Part shown: in pieces, positions 40,838 through 53,762 of the stretch
Layout: each line of letters starts with the position of its first letter
Numbering within the stretch: the first letter of the stretch is position 1
Assembly (NCBI GenBank): GCA_002104905.1
Contig: MCFE01000059.1
Coordinates: 1-64,000, forward strand
Length of the DNA: 64,000 nucleotides
Source: Basidiobolus meristosporus CBS 931.73
Taxonomy: Eukaryota > Fungi > Basidiobolomycota
Reading direction: 5' to 3'
Position numbers and translations under genes: made by a program
Notes under the pieces: model-generated
Databases searched by the model: none
What the model was told of the DNA's origin: nothing
What the model saw: the letters and a program-made list of their open reading frames with translations, nothing else

Positions 40838-42525
40838 CTAGGCCCTCGACACGGTGGTTCGTCGCATGCTGGCGATGGTGACGTCGTCGGCTGAAATGAT
40901 AGAGGTGTCGGCTCGACAATAACCTATTCCACTGTTGGATAGCTCGGTTCCCATGGTATATTGGTTGCTGGAATCACCAGAGGCGCCACCACCAAAGTAG
41001 TTGCCATTTCCTACTTGAGAGCGCTGGCTGCCGTGGTATGCGAAGTTGTGCATATATCTTTGTCCCCCGGAGCCGGGGTTTGCTCCCCCACCTCCTCGTC
41101 CTGATGGCGGCGGATGGTGATGGCCGTTATGCAAAGAATACATTGTTGCCTTTTGGGATTCCTCTAAGCGTTTTTGCAAAACATTGGCTTTGTTCTTTAA
41201 CCGTTGATTCTTGCGCTCTAGTCGCTTAATGAAATCCACCGCTTTGAATAGTATGGTGGATTTGCTGTTGTTCATGTCTCGGAGCGAAGGAACAATTTCC
41301 GAAAGATCCCGAAACCCGGTGCGAATCATGTTGCGTCGCTTTTGTTCGGATGCGATGTGGTTTGCTCTCTTTTCCTCTTCCGTCAGTAACTCTTTGTTGC
41401 CTTTACGAAGCCGGTCCGGCCTGCATGTATCCTTCCTGTCCTCGAGAGAGCTTGACACAGGGGATTGGGAGGTTTGGGTGGATTCTAGCTTGATTTCCTT
41501 ATTAGTACTAGATAGCGATTCCTGGTCCAACTCCTTGGAGGGACTTTTTTCTGCTTTAATTGGTCTAGTCTTGGAGATGGATCCCTGTGACTTGCTGTTA
41601 CTCATTTTCCGTTTGGCTGGTATCAAGGATCCACTGATGCTTGGCGTGGTCGCTGAAATACAAGGTGAGGTTGAGGTGAATTTCCTTGCTGAGCTATCGG
41701 ATGATTCAACCATGGTTGGGATATTAGTCGAGGATGTTGGGTGAGACGGATTGTTATCAGCTGAGGATGCACCACCAGAATCATGGCTCATAAGCAGACT
41801 AGATGGCGTTGTCGGCGCACTGTGTATACTGGCCCCCTTCGTGTGGTAGCTAAACATATCGTATAGCGAGGAGTGAGCCATAGATTTATGCTGTGGCTTT
41901 TCCATCGATAGCATATGGGAATTACTGCTAGCAGGTAGTGAGGGGCCAGGAGCGAAGTAGGCGGCATTCTCGAGAGTTGGTGGTAGAGGACTGTCAGCGA
42001 AAAGGTTCTCGTCAAAAAATATATTATCCAAAAAGTTGTCGAAGAAACGCTGCTCCGATTCATCAAAGAGTTTGGTGTTAGGGTTGGTTGCAGATCTCAG
42101 AGAAGGTGAGGAAGGCAGTGTAGCCAAATCCTCATCAGTCAAGCCCAGTTGGTGACCAAGTTCTGTGCAAAAATTAGGTTTGTCGTACATTCAGATCGAT
42201 AAATGAGTAAAGGAAACCTACCTCTAAGCTCTTTAGCCAAATGAACTGAGATAGAAGGTTCAGGAGCAGCAGGTAGTGGGTATGAAGGTATGTGAGGTGG
42301 CGGATTGGAAGGTGGGACAGTTACACTTCGATTCGTAGCTTCAAAGGCAGTTGTAGAGGACATATGAGAAGGCGAGGGGTAGTTGTAGTAAGAGGGCTGA
42401 TATAAATTCAAGTTTATATGTTGAGAATCATGTTTGCTATCATTAACGGAGGCTTTGGAGAGGTCGGAAGTGGCAGAACAGTAAACAGAATCACCCAACA
42501 GTGCGTTGGGTATTTGCTCGTTCAT
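40838..42525 (-). CDS. bHLH-ZIP transcription factor (Max/Mlx/Ino4-like)
   Basis: EEKRANHIASEQKRRNMIRTGFRDLSEIVP...SKSTILFKAVDFIKRLERKN. Intron ~42168-42226; the 5' start is uncertain because an acceptor-like site lies at ~42613. Confidence 0.85.
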
Positions 42526-43784
42526 TGAGTAATCCTTATCTTGAAGATACAAAATTACTGGAAATTCAGCAAATGGCTGAAAGAAGTTGAGCTTCAACCA
42601 GGAGAACTGCAAAGGGAATCTGCTATATGAGCGACTAGAGAATAAAGAAGACGATTGTATGTATTAGGGAAAAACGTGTGGTTGAGCAGTATCCTGTGAA
42701 CCACGAGTCTGGCTATCTACAGGTAAATAGCACGATGGTAAATAGTACTGATAGGATATAATGAAGTAAATAACCAGAGATATAAAGACGGGGGCTTACA
42801 GCTTCCTTCAAGTATACTCCGCACTATTGGTGCAACATCATCTTTTTGGGATACTATTGTTTGCCAACATATGGGAGAGTGGGTTTTGAAATACAGGAGC
42901 AATAGAAATATTCAGTGACCACTGATCCAGGATTTTCACGTGCATTTGAATAGGCAATTATCAAACTGAGGACAATACACCTGTATTGTTATGTGATGAA
43001 CACTACACTATACAGGATCATGATATATTCAGAATGTCGAGGGTAAATCTCTAGGAGTGAGGGGCGTCCATTTAAACAGTTCAAAGTGGCAGTGTTCAAC
43101 CAGCAATACCGTTAGGTTAGGAAGTAGGCTCGCGGTTGATAGTAGCAAGATTGTCGACTAATGGATTTAACGATACTGAGCAGGTGCACATCGTAGCACC
43201 TTCTGTGAGTTACTTTGGGCTGTTTCCGAAATGGCAGGGGCTGAGTTTCTTGAGACTCTTCAGAATATGGCATAGTTTGCTTTGAGATCACTCAGCATAT
43301 TTAGAAAGCGGTTTAAATCGTGTTGGCTGATGGGGTTTGCTTATGAGGATTCCCGTTAATGATAAGAATGGTACATGCGACACTGGTAAGGCTATCATAT
43401 TTTTTCAGAATCCCTATTTATTTAGTAGGGTCTTGCATTGCAAAGCCAATTGTCTCAAACAATTATGCCATTTAGTGACATGAGGGATATCAACGATACG
43501 TGATATGTCTTGTATTAATCAGCAAATTCCGCAGATCGTAAATTATCGAGGGGTCGTTTCATATATCACAAGCTCGTGACATACGAAATTTTGGAGACCA
43601 TCGAAGTACTTTCAAAAGGTTCAAATAAAGTCACAAGCTCCTACGCTCAAGAATTTCCATATCGACTCGTTATCGTTTCCATTTTTATTGTTTCTCTTGC
43701 TATTAGCACCACCACTGACTCAGAACATACTCAATATACACGCACAATCCCTCAATTAGAAAGGGTCCTTGAGCATATATTCCA

Positions 43785-45526
43785 ATGGTTTCAATCATAG
43801 GTACCCTACGCTCTGTCCCTAGAAGACATATCATTGTCTTTCTGTGTGCACTGAGTGTTATAATCAGTTATGCAGGTTCAAGAAACATCCGATCATAACG
43901 TTTCGCTTTTCCATATAGTAACTTGTTTTTATCGCAGATCGCTCAAACATTTCAATTGCTATTATCCCGATGGCGGAAGAATACTCTTGGTCATCAACAA
44001 CTAGAGGCCTAGTTCTCTCGAGTTTTTTCTACGGATATTTTTGTACGCAGGTCCTTGGTGGGTTTTTGGCGGATAAATTCGGAGGAAAAAGCGTATTGGC
44101 TATGGGTAAATTACTGGAATACACTTTGGAAACAAGCCAAGCTTACTCACTTGACTGTAAAAGGCGCCTTCCTGTGGTCTCTTTTCACTCTTGTTACCCC
44201 GTGGGTAGCTCACAATTTTACACTCTTAATCCTTTGCCGCCTACTTCTCGGTGCTGGGGAAGGTCAGTAAACTTCTACTCCTCTAAGCAAAGCAGCCCAA
44301 TAAACCCGTATACATGAAGGGCTTGGCTTTCCTGCGATTCACTCTTTGATTGCCAAGTGGATTCCGCACCACGAGAGCTCTCGTGCAGTTGCCGCTGTCA
44401 CAGCTGCGTCATATGCCGGTGCAATCTTGGCTCTCCTGATATCCGCCCCAATTGCCGCCTCATTTTTGGGATGGAAATGGATATTTTATGTCTTTGCTCT
44501 GATGGGTTTTGGATGGAATATCCCTTGGTTCATGTACAGCGCAAGTTCACCTGACCAATGGTTGAATTCCTCATCGGACGGCGCCTACAACAAAGAAGTT
44601 GGACAGAACTGCACCAACTATATGCGCGTGAATAGTGACGACGAACGGGATGGCTTCCGCCAAAGATCACCAGCTATTGATGGCCTCGAGGATGGCCATA
44701 AGTCTCAATCTCCTGATGAGAGTGATCCAGCAGTGGTGAGCTCGATTGTTGTTCACCCATCTGCCAAGTATAGGGGATTCGTTTCCTCTGAGAATTCGAT
44801 TCCTTGGAATGAGATTTTCTCTTCGAAGGAAGTATGGGCCATATTGCTCAACCAATTCTGTAGCTCGTGGGGATTTTATGTGCTGCTAAGTTGGTTGCCT
44901 ACATACTATAAGGACGTGTTTGATGTGGACCTCAACGAGCTGGGCTATTTCTCTGGTGAGTGCTAATATGCTCATTAGCAACCAACTAAGCTAACAAACA
45001 CTCAGTGTTGCCATATATAGTTCAGGGTTTGGTAGGTCTGGCTAGTGGGTTCGTCGGTGATTACGCCATCAACGAACTCGAGATCCCAGTTATTACCGTT
45101 CGCCGAGTAGCTCAGTGTGTTGGAATGATAGGGCCGGGGGTGTTCCTATTGTTAGCTGGCTATACCGCCTCATCAGTCGCCGTTGGGATGATTTATATTT
45201 CACTGGCGCTGGGCTTTAACTCCTTAACTCTAATCGGGGTATCAATCTCACAGCTAGACATTGCTCCCAAGTTTGCAGGGATCATATTTGGACTCGGAAA
45301 CACTGCTGCCACACTTCCAGGTGAATACTCGACTGGCAATATATATGGTTTATCGGCTTGTGCTCACCCGTGACGTCTAGGAATTTTAGGGGTAACCGTG
45401 ACGGGAATCTTGCTGGAGTCCAAGGAGGCGTGGCCCCTGGTGTTTGGACTTGCGGCCGCCTTTTACTTCACTGGAGCTGTAATATGGTACTTCTGGGGAG
45501 GTGGGAATCGGGTTGTTATCCATTAG
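43785..45526 (+). CDS. MFS anion:cation symporter, SLC17/PHT4-like
   Basis: SYADRSNISIAIIPM, GLVLSSFFYGY, GGFLADKFGGK, CRLLLGAGEG|LAFPAIHSLIAKW, YVLLSWLPTY and LDIAPKFAGIIFGLGNT. Five introns; stop at 45524-45526. Confidence 0.9.
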
Positions 45527-45669
45527 AGCACGTTTAGGTCATTGTGTTATTTGTGATATTATTTATATAAATATAAACCGCGCTTAATGGTAAATGTTGG
45601 TAAATGTCATTTAATCTTTGACCCACTCAATAAATCCAAGCTGCGAGCCCATCCATTATTCAACTCGGT

Positions 45670-46622
45670 ATGCTATCCAACGCAATCACGCCCTGTGACC
45701 TATCATCACAGCTAGTCATGAGAGATGATTTAATGTGGCGCAGCTTCATATTGAAGTATTTAAGGCGGCCAACGATCGGCCATTTCAGACCATTGATATG
45801 TGCACCAAAAGTGTACAAGTTGAGGCAGAGTTCTCAAAGGAAACAGACATTCATTTGGAGAGTAGCCATGTAAGTTTCAAAGCTCTATCACGATCTACAG
45901 AAAGTATTGACTCAACTCCAGGTAATACATATTCAGAAGGGTGTTCGCAAGCCGGGTAAACGATCGAAATCGACTCGGAGCAACTCGAAAAGTGCCACAC
46001 AACAGAAAGCCTTGAAGGGAAAGTGTGTTCCAGAAATCAATCACCTGGAGCTGAAGGAAAGTATGATTGCAGACCTAGGCCTACCGGTGGAGCCCTTTCA
46101 CACGTTAGAAAAATGGGGGTTCTCTCCCTATCGCTTCATCCAAGAGGTTCTGGCTAGTGACACCTGGAAGATGCTGATATCTACCATATTTCTGAACCGG
46201 ACTCGAGGCATTACCGCAGTCCCGATTCTAGCTCAATTCTTTAAACTATTCTCGAGACCCGAAGATGTTGCTGAAGGTGAGGACTTTCTGTATTTTTTAG
46301 ACTCACCAATACGCTTTCTAATCATAGCTCAGTCCATGAAAAGACCATCGCCAGTTTGATGCAGCCTCTTGGGCTACATCGCACACGTGCAAAACGAATC
46401 GTCCGATTCTCTCAGGAATTCCTCGAAAATCGAACATGGCTTAAGCCCTCTGAGCTCTATGGAATTGGGAAATATGGAGACGATTCATATGTTCTCTTTT
46501 GTACAAATGATGATGCGTGGATGCATTTGACCCCTGATGACGTGCAGTTAAAAAAATACTTGGGCTGGAGGTGGAGTTTAGTAAGAGCTGTTCCTGAAGG
46601 TGCAGGGGCTGTTCAAACATAG
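45670..46622 (+). CDS. MBD4: MBD4-type G:T/G:U mismatch DNA glycosylase (HhH-GPD), no methyl-CpG-binding domain seen
   Basis: SPYRFIQE...WKMLISTIFLNRT, PLGLHRTRA, ELYGIGKYGDDSYVLFC and DDVQLKKYLGW match the MBD4 glycosylase domain. Two introns. Confidence 0.85.
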
Positions 46623-47271
46623 ATATCATGCAGCACTTCGATCAATCGTACTATCTTGGTCTTCCGATTGTTCTGGTATTGCTGAATAATGCCCGTCTCG
46701 TCTCGTCTGTTCGGGATCGGGGCTCAGATAGATTAATGAAGTAAATTCTACTTACAATGCAAGGATACCTAATTGAATATGGTCGGCTTCTAGTTTACGG
46801 CTGCTATAGGGCTATGAACAATGTGGACAGATCAACATCTATCCATCACCGTGCATTGAGGGCTGTAAGTGAGTGGGGGTACGCCTTGAATGGCAATGCA
46901 TCAGCCCCCAACTTGGGTCCTTCAAGGCTTATGCACAGGACAGAGAAGATTGTTGCAGAGCTCCATATATACATTGATCCCACCCATGGTTGGCGTGAGA
47001 AGTACTGGCCACTATGGGGTTCAATCGCGATTTCCGGTATTCTGCTAAAATGCATTTGGCATGAATTTTAGGATATTAATTTCGACATTAGCTAGGTAAC
47101 CTAATTCAAGGGTGCCATAATCTTCACATCAGGGATAGAAGAAATCTGATAGGCTCTATCACCATTATCTTTTTCTTCACCTCACTAGTGCAACGTACAG
47201 GTTGACACTCATCTTGTCAGTTGCTTTCCAATCAACACCCCCTTTTGCGTCCCTCTATTTTAGAATATCCA

Positions 47272-48418
47272 ATGTCTACTATCGAAGAAGAATTCGCCAA
47301 TCTTGCCCCACCAGAAAACTTTGACTGGGACGAATCCGCCTTGGGGAACGAGTAAGCCGATCGTTTCGACTCCCGACTGTTGCTGGAAATACAATACACT
47401 TCAAGATTCTAATTGTTAACAATATGTACCCCATCTAGCGTCGATCTTCCACCCGAATTGCGCCCTCTTTCACCAACCCACGAGTCGGAAAACCCCGGGC
47501 TTTCAACGACTCAAGAGGATGATAAAGCTATTGTTGACAAACAAGAGATTGATCCACCCTCAGAACAGATTGATTCAAAGGAGGTGGAAACCGCTGATGA
47601 TCGTAGCGCTGAGACCTCCTCAGTAACAAAAAACCCAGAGGATGACGAGGAGAAGAGAAAACAAAGAGCTCTCAGATTTGGTATCCCGCTATCTGACAAG
47701 GAAAAAGCAGCACAAAGAGCCAAACGATTTGGTATCCCGATGTCACAGCCAGCCCAAGAGTCGAAAAAAAAAGCGAAAGCAAGCGACAAAAGTACAAAAC
47801 CAAAGACGGAGCAACCTGCTGAGAAGGCAGATGAAATCGAACGCGCCCTCAAACGCGCTGAGAGATTTGGCATTCCTCTATCGGATGAGCAAAAGGCTGC
47901 CAAACGTGCACTAAGATTTGGACTTCCTGTTGCTGAGGAAGCCGCAAAAAAAGCCCCCGCCGCCAACAAACAAAAGGCCAAGCAGAACAATTCAAAGAAC
48001 AAAACATCTGCTGACGGTAAATGTCATTTGAGACACGCTAGAGACCAGTTAACTAAACTTCCGTCGTAGATAAAAAAACGAAAAAGACCGCCAACAAACC
48101 CACCCCCAACACCAAGCCTCCGCAACAGAAAAATGTACAGACAACAAAACCAAAACAGAAAAATGCCAAAAAGCCCCAGAATTCTCCACAAAAGCCAAAG
48201 CCCACCTCGGTTCGTAATCATTTGGATTCTTCGGAGGCCCGAACAGCTTTCTGACCCTCCTTTCTTTCCTACAGGCCATAAATGAAGCAACATTGAAAAA
48301 ACGGCAAGCACGCTTTGGCACGGTGGACACAAGCGAAGGCCAAATTCCCCAGATGAAGAAGAAACGCACCGGGCGTTTCAATGGAAACAACAAGAACAAG
48401 AAGGCCAAGTCCGCCTAA
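47272..48418 (+). CDS. THO1/SARNP/MOS11-like mRNP export factor (RxxRFG repeats, no SAP domain)
   Basis: RALRFGIP, RAKRFGIP, RAERFGIP, RALRFGLP and RQARFGT in a Lys/Glu-rich low-complexity protein. Three introns. Confidence 0.7.
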
Positions 48419-48763
48419 GTTATCTACCAGTATTTGAACTAATTGAATTGAATAAATTACTCCATTTCGTATGTATATTATTCTCCCTTTTTCATCACTT
48501 GGTATCCGGTAAACTTCAATAAAGTCTCAGTGTCTGCATTCAGTTCAAATGCATTTTGATAGCCTAATATCGACTCACCAAATGCTGGCATGAGAGATGC
48601 ACCTGATATGCGCTTAGAAGGATCAGCGATATGGCCATTTATTGGGATGTACAAAACCGTTCCATAGCGGATTATGCTCAAGTATATACGAGTTGATTAT
48701 TATCTAAATGTCTGGAGGTGAAGAATGACCACATTGCCAACATAAGCAACAATAGGCCAATGG

Positions 48764-50342
48764 CTATGGGGACACTTTCGGACCAGCCACACTGAATCCA
48801 AAGAACATTCCCCAAGCAACCAACATGGCGATGCCCAGTATAGCCGTATAGAGATAGTTCATCTTATTCACAACCGGCTCATGATCGGAGCTTTCCAACG
48901 CCTGCTGCTCAGACCGAATCTTTTCCTCGATCATAGGCTCGCGTTTTTTGAGGTTAACATCTAGAAGTCCCTTGTATTTTGTGAGGTCCACGAGGTATAG
49001 TACTACTGTAGCCACAATCGGGATAAAGGTAAGGATGAAAAGTAGCAGCATAACCGTGTCATAGCTTTGCATGTGGGTTTTGTCTTGAATAACACCAGTG
49101 GTAATGTCAAGAATGACTGATCCAATGTTGTTGGATGCCTTGTATATGCCCAGGGCGGTGCCAACCATGTTCACATCGACCAGCAATTGAATAGATGAGA
49201 TCATCGCCACTGGTCCCAAAGCCAGCGAAATACTGAAAAGAACCATAGGCCCGATGGGGTTGACGTGGGTGTATGCCAGAAGGCCAAAGCAAATGGAGAG
49301 GAAGACGCTGGAGGTCACCAAGATAAGCAGCCTGTGGCCGAACCGATCGAAGATAAGTCCCACGATCGGAACAACAATGATGGGGACCACTTGCGCAATA
49401 CTGGAATTATAAGCGGCCATCGCATCGCTCTTCCCATAGCGGAACTTCATAAATTGAGTGCTGATGATGAGAAAGGCGTTCCAAATAGCTGCCAGGAAAA
49501 ACTCAATGAAAATAACAAGCCAGTAGGAGTTGTTGAAATACAGAACTTTCTTCGGTTGGAACTGTTTCTTCTTGATTCTGTTCAATTGTTCCTCGGTTAT
49601 GAAAGTACGGTTGCAATGGCGCATCAGTAATACGTAAACGATATTGCAAATAACGGAGAGAACACACAGGATGGCTCCAAGCCAGAGAGGCCAACCGTAC
49701 GAGCCAGTGGCGGCGATAAGTGGGTGCGGGATCAGATTCCCCAGGAAGGATGCCAATCTAGCCCACGATAACTGTGTGGATAAGGCCAGAGCGGCTGCCC
49801 TACCTTCAAACCACTGAGTGATAATGGTTTCTTGAGCGGTGACGATGGTTCCGCTACCAATACCGAAACAGACGCGACCAATAACCATAAGTGGGAAGGA
49901 GGTGGCATTGGTCGCCCCTGCAATTAAAAGACTGCCCACTGCGATAATTGCTGTGCAGGTGATTGAGCCGATACCTGTGCCAGCATAATCAATCAAGATG
50001 CCACCGCAGATAGGTAGGAAGGTATTGACGAAGGCGACGGCGGAAGCGATAAGGCTGAACTGTCTATTATTAATGTCGAGGTTCTGGCGTTGGAGGCTAC
50101 CTGGTTAGTATCGTGGCCATAGATATGTTGAGGAGTATCAGCAAAATATCCCCTACCTTTGTGATGTTGTCTTTAGTCGCACTCAGGGCCGAGTTCGCAA
50201 AGTGACTACCTAAGGACATAGCCAGAGCACAAAACAAGGCTATGGCCTTATAACGCCAGGGGTATTTCGACTGCCGTCCGGCAAGAGTGGGGTGCTCATG
50301 CTTCTGCTGATCGACGCTGACGATGTCTTTTGCTGACTTCAT
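48764..50342 (-). CDS. MFS transporter, MFSD1-like (lysosomal/vacuolar)
   Basis: YKAIALFCALAMSLGSHF, ASAVAFVNTFLPICGGILID, GRVCFGIG, Q..IITQWFEG...ALALSTQLSWARLAS and GLIFDRFGHR. One intron ~50086-50156. Confidence 0.8.
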
Positions 50343-51762
50343 ACTCCTCGCCAGTTCAGCAAACTAATGGTGCAGTAGAGGTTGTATGGTTGTGCCAGCG
50401 ACAGAGATCTGGCTTTATATATTCGATTCAACGCCTCCCAGGAACCTGACCAACCGCTTGATCTAGACGGTTTTACAGTGCGTTTTCCGAGCAATTTAGG
50501 CTCGAGTTACACCTGGTCGAAATTGCCTTTAAGGAGAAACAAGCGCGCACTTTTTTGCCTCGTAAGGAATGGCCGGATGCCTATTTGATCCTCCAGTTAA
50601 TAATGAAGTCGATGGTTCATATCATTCCCCATGATACTGAAACAAGAACACCTCGATCCCACAGTCTTGTAGCAGACACCAGGACCAAATAGATTAATTA
50701 CTTGGCGAGAACCAGAATGTGTGTAACCAAGCCGGACAATGAGCTACACTGTAAAAAATCTTCGCTGACCGAAGAAGCTACAATATCATCTGATATACGT
50801 TTCTGAGTAATCTTGCCTCGACGCGTTCCCCAATAGGTATTATACATCAGATATCTTCAATCCTACGTATACCAAACCAGGTCAAGTTGCAACATTGGCT
50901 CTGCACGTTTCGCCAAACCGGTTTATCCGAGGTTACCGCTTACAAGCCCCTCCTTTCAATCTGATAACCAAGGGTGACATTGAGTCGCTGTATCAGATCC
51001 ACGATACCCAGTAAAAATATCATCAGACAATATTCGTGCAACCGGTTGTAACAAATCCTCATCACAACTCCATTTTCAGTAGCAACCTGTATATCGCATC
51101 AGTAAAACAGTGGCTAACGGTGGCTTTATTATGGTTCTATGCATACTTCCCCTATATCTGTGGTAGGATGCCTTGCATCTTGTTTGTCGCTCGTCAAATT
51201 CGAATGGAGCGTACCAGGTAGTCCAGAGCTTGGCTCAACCCCAGCAACAGGGAAGACATCCTTATTGGACTGTCCAGTAGCATCTCAATATCGTGTGCAG
51301 GAATGCGAGCGAGGCTACTATCATATTGGCCATTGCTGAACTAACCATGCCAATCACTGACAAATGTAACCTGGGCTCTATCGTATCATCGCTTACACTG
51401 CCTCAAATAAACTATGGAAAGAACGCCAATTTATGGTAAGGGTCAGCCTAGCCGGGGGGGGGCAATCTCCCAACCAAGATCTTTAATCTGAGTCCAAACA
51501 ATAGGCAGAGGAAGACAAAAGGACATTCAAACTGAGTTTATTGATAGTTACAGTCAACGTGGTTTCTGGAGACGAATCACGTGTTACCAAGGTTCAAGAT
51601 CAATTTCCTCCACATGGGAAGCTACTCTGGACCGGCTGATTGGGATATTTCTGGTGTACATGTCAATCTCGTAAATAGTTTGGTAGGCATGGTAGGCTCG
51701 TGGCTACGTTCGCTGGCCGGGCGCGTTCGTAAACATATCACGGGTTTCGAAGGGGGGGGGCA

Positions 51763-53455
51763 TCATTCCATCTTCGACATCATTTCGAAAATCTCGATGT
51801 TGCGGAGGTGTCTAGCAATGTATTTCATGAACTCGACGGTGCTATTTTCTGGATTCCCATGTCTATCCAGGAAGATGACCACCAAAGTAACTTGCACGTC
51901 TACTCGGATAAGGTAATACGTGCTGCCCACCTTTTTGTCGTAGAAATGAATACATTTCACCCGAGCGTCTGCCAGCGCCTCCTCGTTGACTTGCATGATG
52001 GAAATTAAGTTCGGCCAGTGTTCATAGGGCGGGCTCTGTCGCAACATCGGGTGAGTATGGGGGTCGTCACTTTCGGGTTGATGTCATGGTCCCTACCTCT
52101 GGGTAGCTGTAGATGCACGGAAAGGACATGAGACCGGTTGGGGCTTCATAATTTCTCACTGGGCATATGTAGCCCTTCTTGTTAAATGGCTTTTGAGAAT
52201 CAACTTCATATATAAGCGAGATACTGTGTGCACCTGACCGCCTCCTAAAATTCCTGATTCTGGATTCAAAAGGTCTCTAAGTAAGCACGGGATTATGGAG
52301 CATCAAGCAGGCGTTGACATACAGCGTGAAGTAGTCCGGCTCAATACGCCGCCATACATTCTTTAACTCCCCGCCAAGCAATCGCTCTCTTTCGAGCAAA
52401 GTGTCCTGGAAGTATAGAGTCAATTTCGACATCAGCTCGACGCTGAATTGGGAGACCCAGCCCATGTTGTTAGGTAGCTGGGGGGTATTCCGGAAGGAGC
52501 GCGAGTGTTTCTAAAATAAGACCATTGAGAAAACGGGTCGTTCAAGTGCCGTATGATTTGCCCTACATCCTGGGCTTCTAGTAAAGAGCATGCTCTCTTC
52601 CACTCACAAAGTTCATTTTTCGCGTTGTATAGGTTGACCGTAGATCCCTTAAAGCTGTATTCGCTTAAAGCGAGTTGCGCCTTGAATATATTGTAAAGGA
52701 TATTCAGCTCCTTCCTAAAGCGTAGGGGTTGCTTAGCCATCGAAGCACAGATGTACTGTGGTTACAAATATATATTACTTGAGGCCCAAGGCGAGTAGCC
52801 CGAGACTATCTTCCAAATGCATTCGTTTTAAGTTCGCCTGTACAATCTGCACATTTTCAAGTATAGCTTCATATTTAATTCCCATCGGATCTCCAGATAA
52901 GCTGCGATATCTTGGATCAAACACACCTGAGTTCCGGTTCATTTCTTCAAAAAGATGGAGTGACGTGAAGTCGGTGCTTACATGTTGATTTGTTCCTGTC
53001 GGACTGTCGCCAAATTGTTCAAGGCCTTACAGAGCTTGCTTAAGAAGGCCGACGAAGCTGATTCCAAAGGGGTAGGACTTCCACCAGAGAACAATACCTG
53101 TGCTTCTTTGATGGCGTCATCTCCGATGGCAGCATACAGGATGTTTAGGAACTGTCGAGAAAGGGATCAGTTTTCGATAGAATCTGGTGGATTGTATCAG
53201 AAAGAATACGTTTTCTCGTCGAAAAAACTTAGGTTTAAGGAAGGCAAGGCCGGTGTATAAAGCTTCACAAGTTGCTAGCCTATTCAATATGGTCCCAACA
53301 GTGGGAGATAGCTAGCACAAAAACGTGGTTAGCCTTCGTGTTGGAAAGAGGGTGGGTAGATTTCATACTTTGAGGAGTTTGGAGGATAAACGACTAGCAT
53401 TGTAGTAGTCGAAGCTACCTAGTGCGTTTAAATAATCCTTACAGGCAGTTTCCAT
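51763..53455 (-). CDS. KICS2: KICSTOR subunit 2 (C12orf66) homolog
   Basis: Collinear blocks match recalled human C12orf66: LNALGSFDY, LATCEALYTGLAFL, KELNILYNIFKAQLALSEY, LMSKLTLYFQDTL, GYICP...APTGLMSFP, HWPNLISIM and HFYDKKVGSTYYLIRVD. Multi-intron, open frame. Confidence 0.85.
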
Positions 53456-53762
53456 TGCATACTATTACGGTAAGACTACGAAGGGCTTTATTTACTTATC
53501 TAAGCGTGATGCTTTAACCCGAGGAAGCCAGAAACCGATTGCTGATTCATGTAACTAGATTGGCAAATCTGCCGAATTCTTACTAATGATAGTAATTTGA
53601 TGAGCCACAAATTTCATCTTTACCAAGTGATGAGGTTGGCGAACAGAATGCTGCCAAAAAGCAATATGCAAATAGAACCTTCTAAACCGCCATATTAGCC
53701 TACACTTGTATCTTCATACCATCCTTTATTACATAATAGAGGCTCTAGTGAAGGTACAACAA

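Noticed and set aside
41211-41744. 177-aa plus-strand ORF; likewise 12328-12946, 31291-31680 and 8302-8807
   Set aside because: Antisense or alternative frames of well-supported genes, with no independent motifs.
46757-47071. 104-aa ORF between MBD4 and the THO1-like gene
   Set aside because: No recognisable motif or splice support, and it lies in a probable promoter region; not called as a gene.
47511-48408. Hydrophobic Phe/Leu/Ser-rich minus-strand ORFs resembling membrane proteins
   Set aside because: Antisense of the Lys/Glu-rich THO1-like gene.
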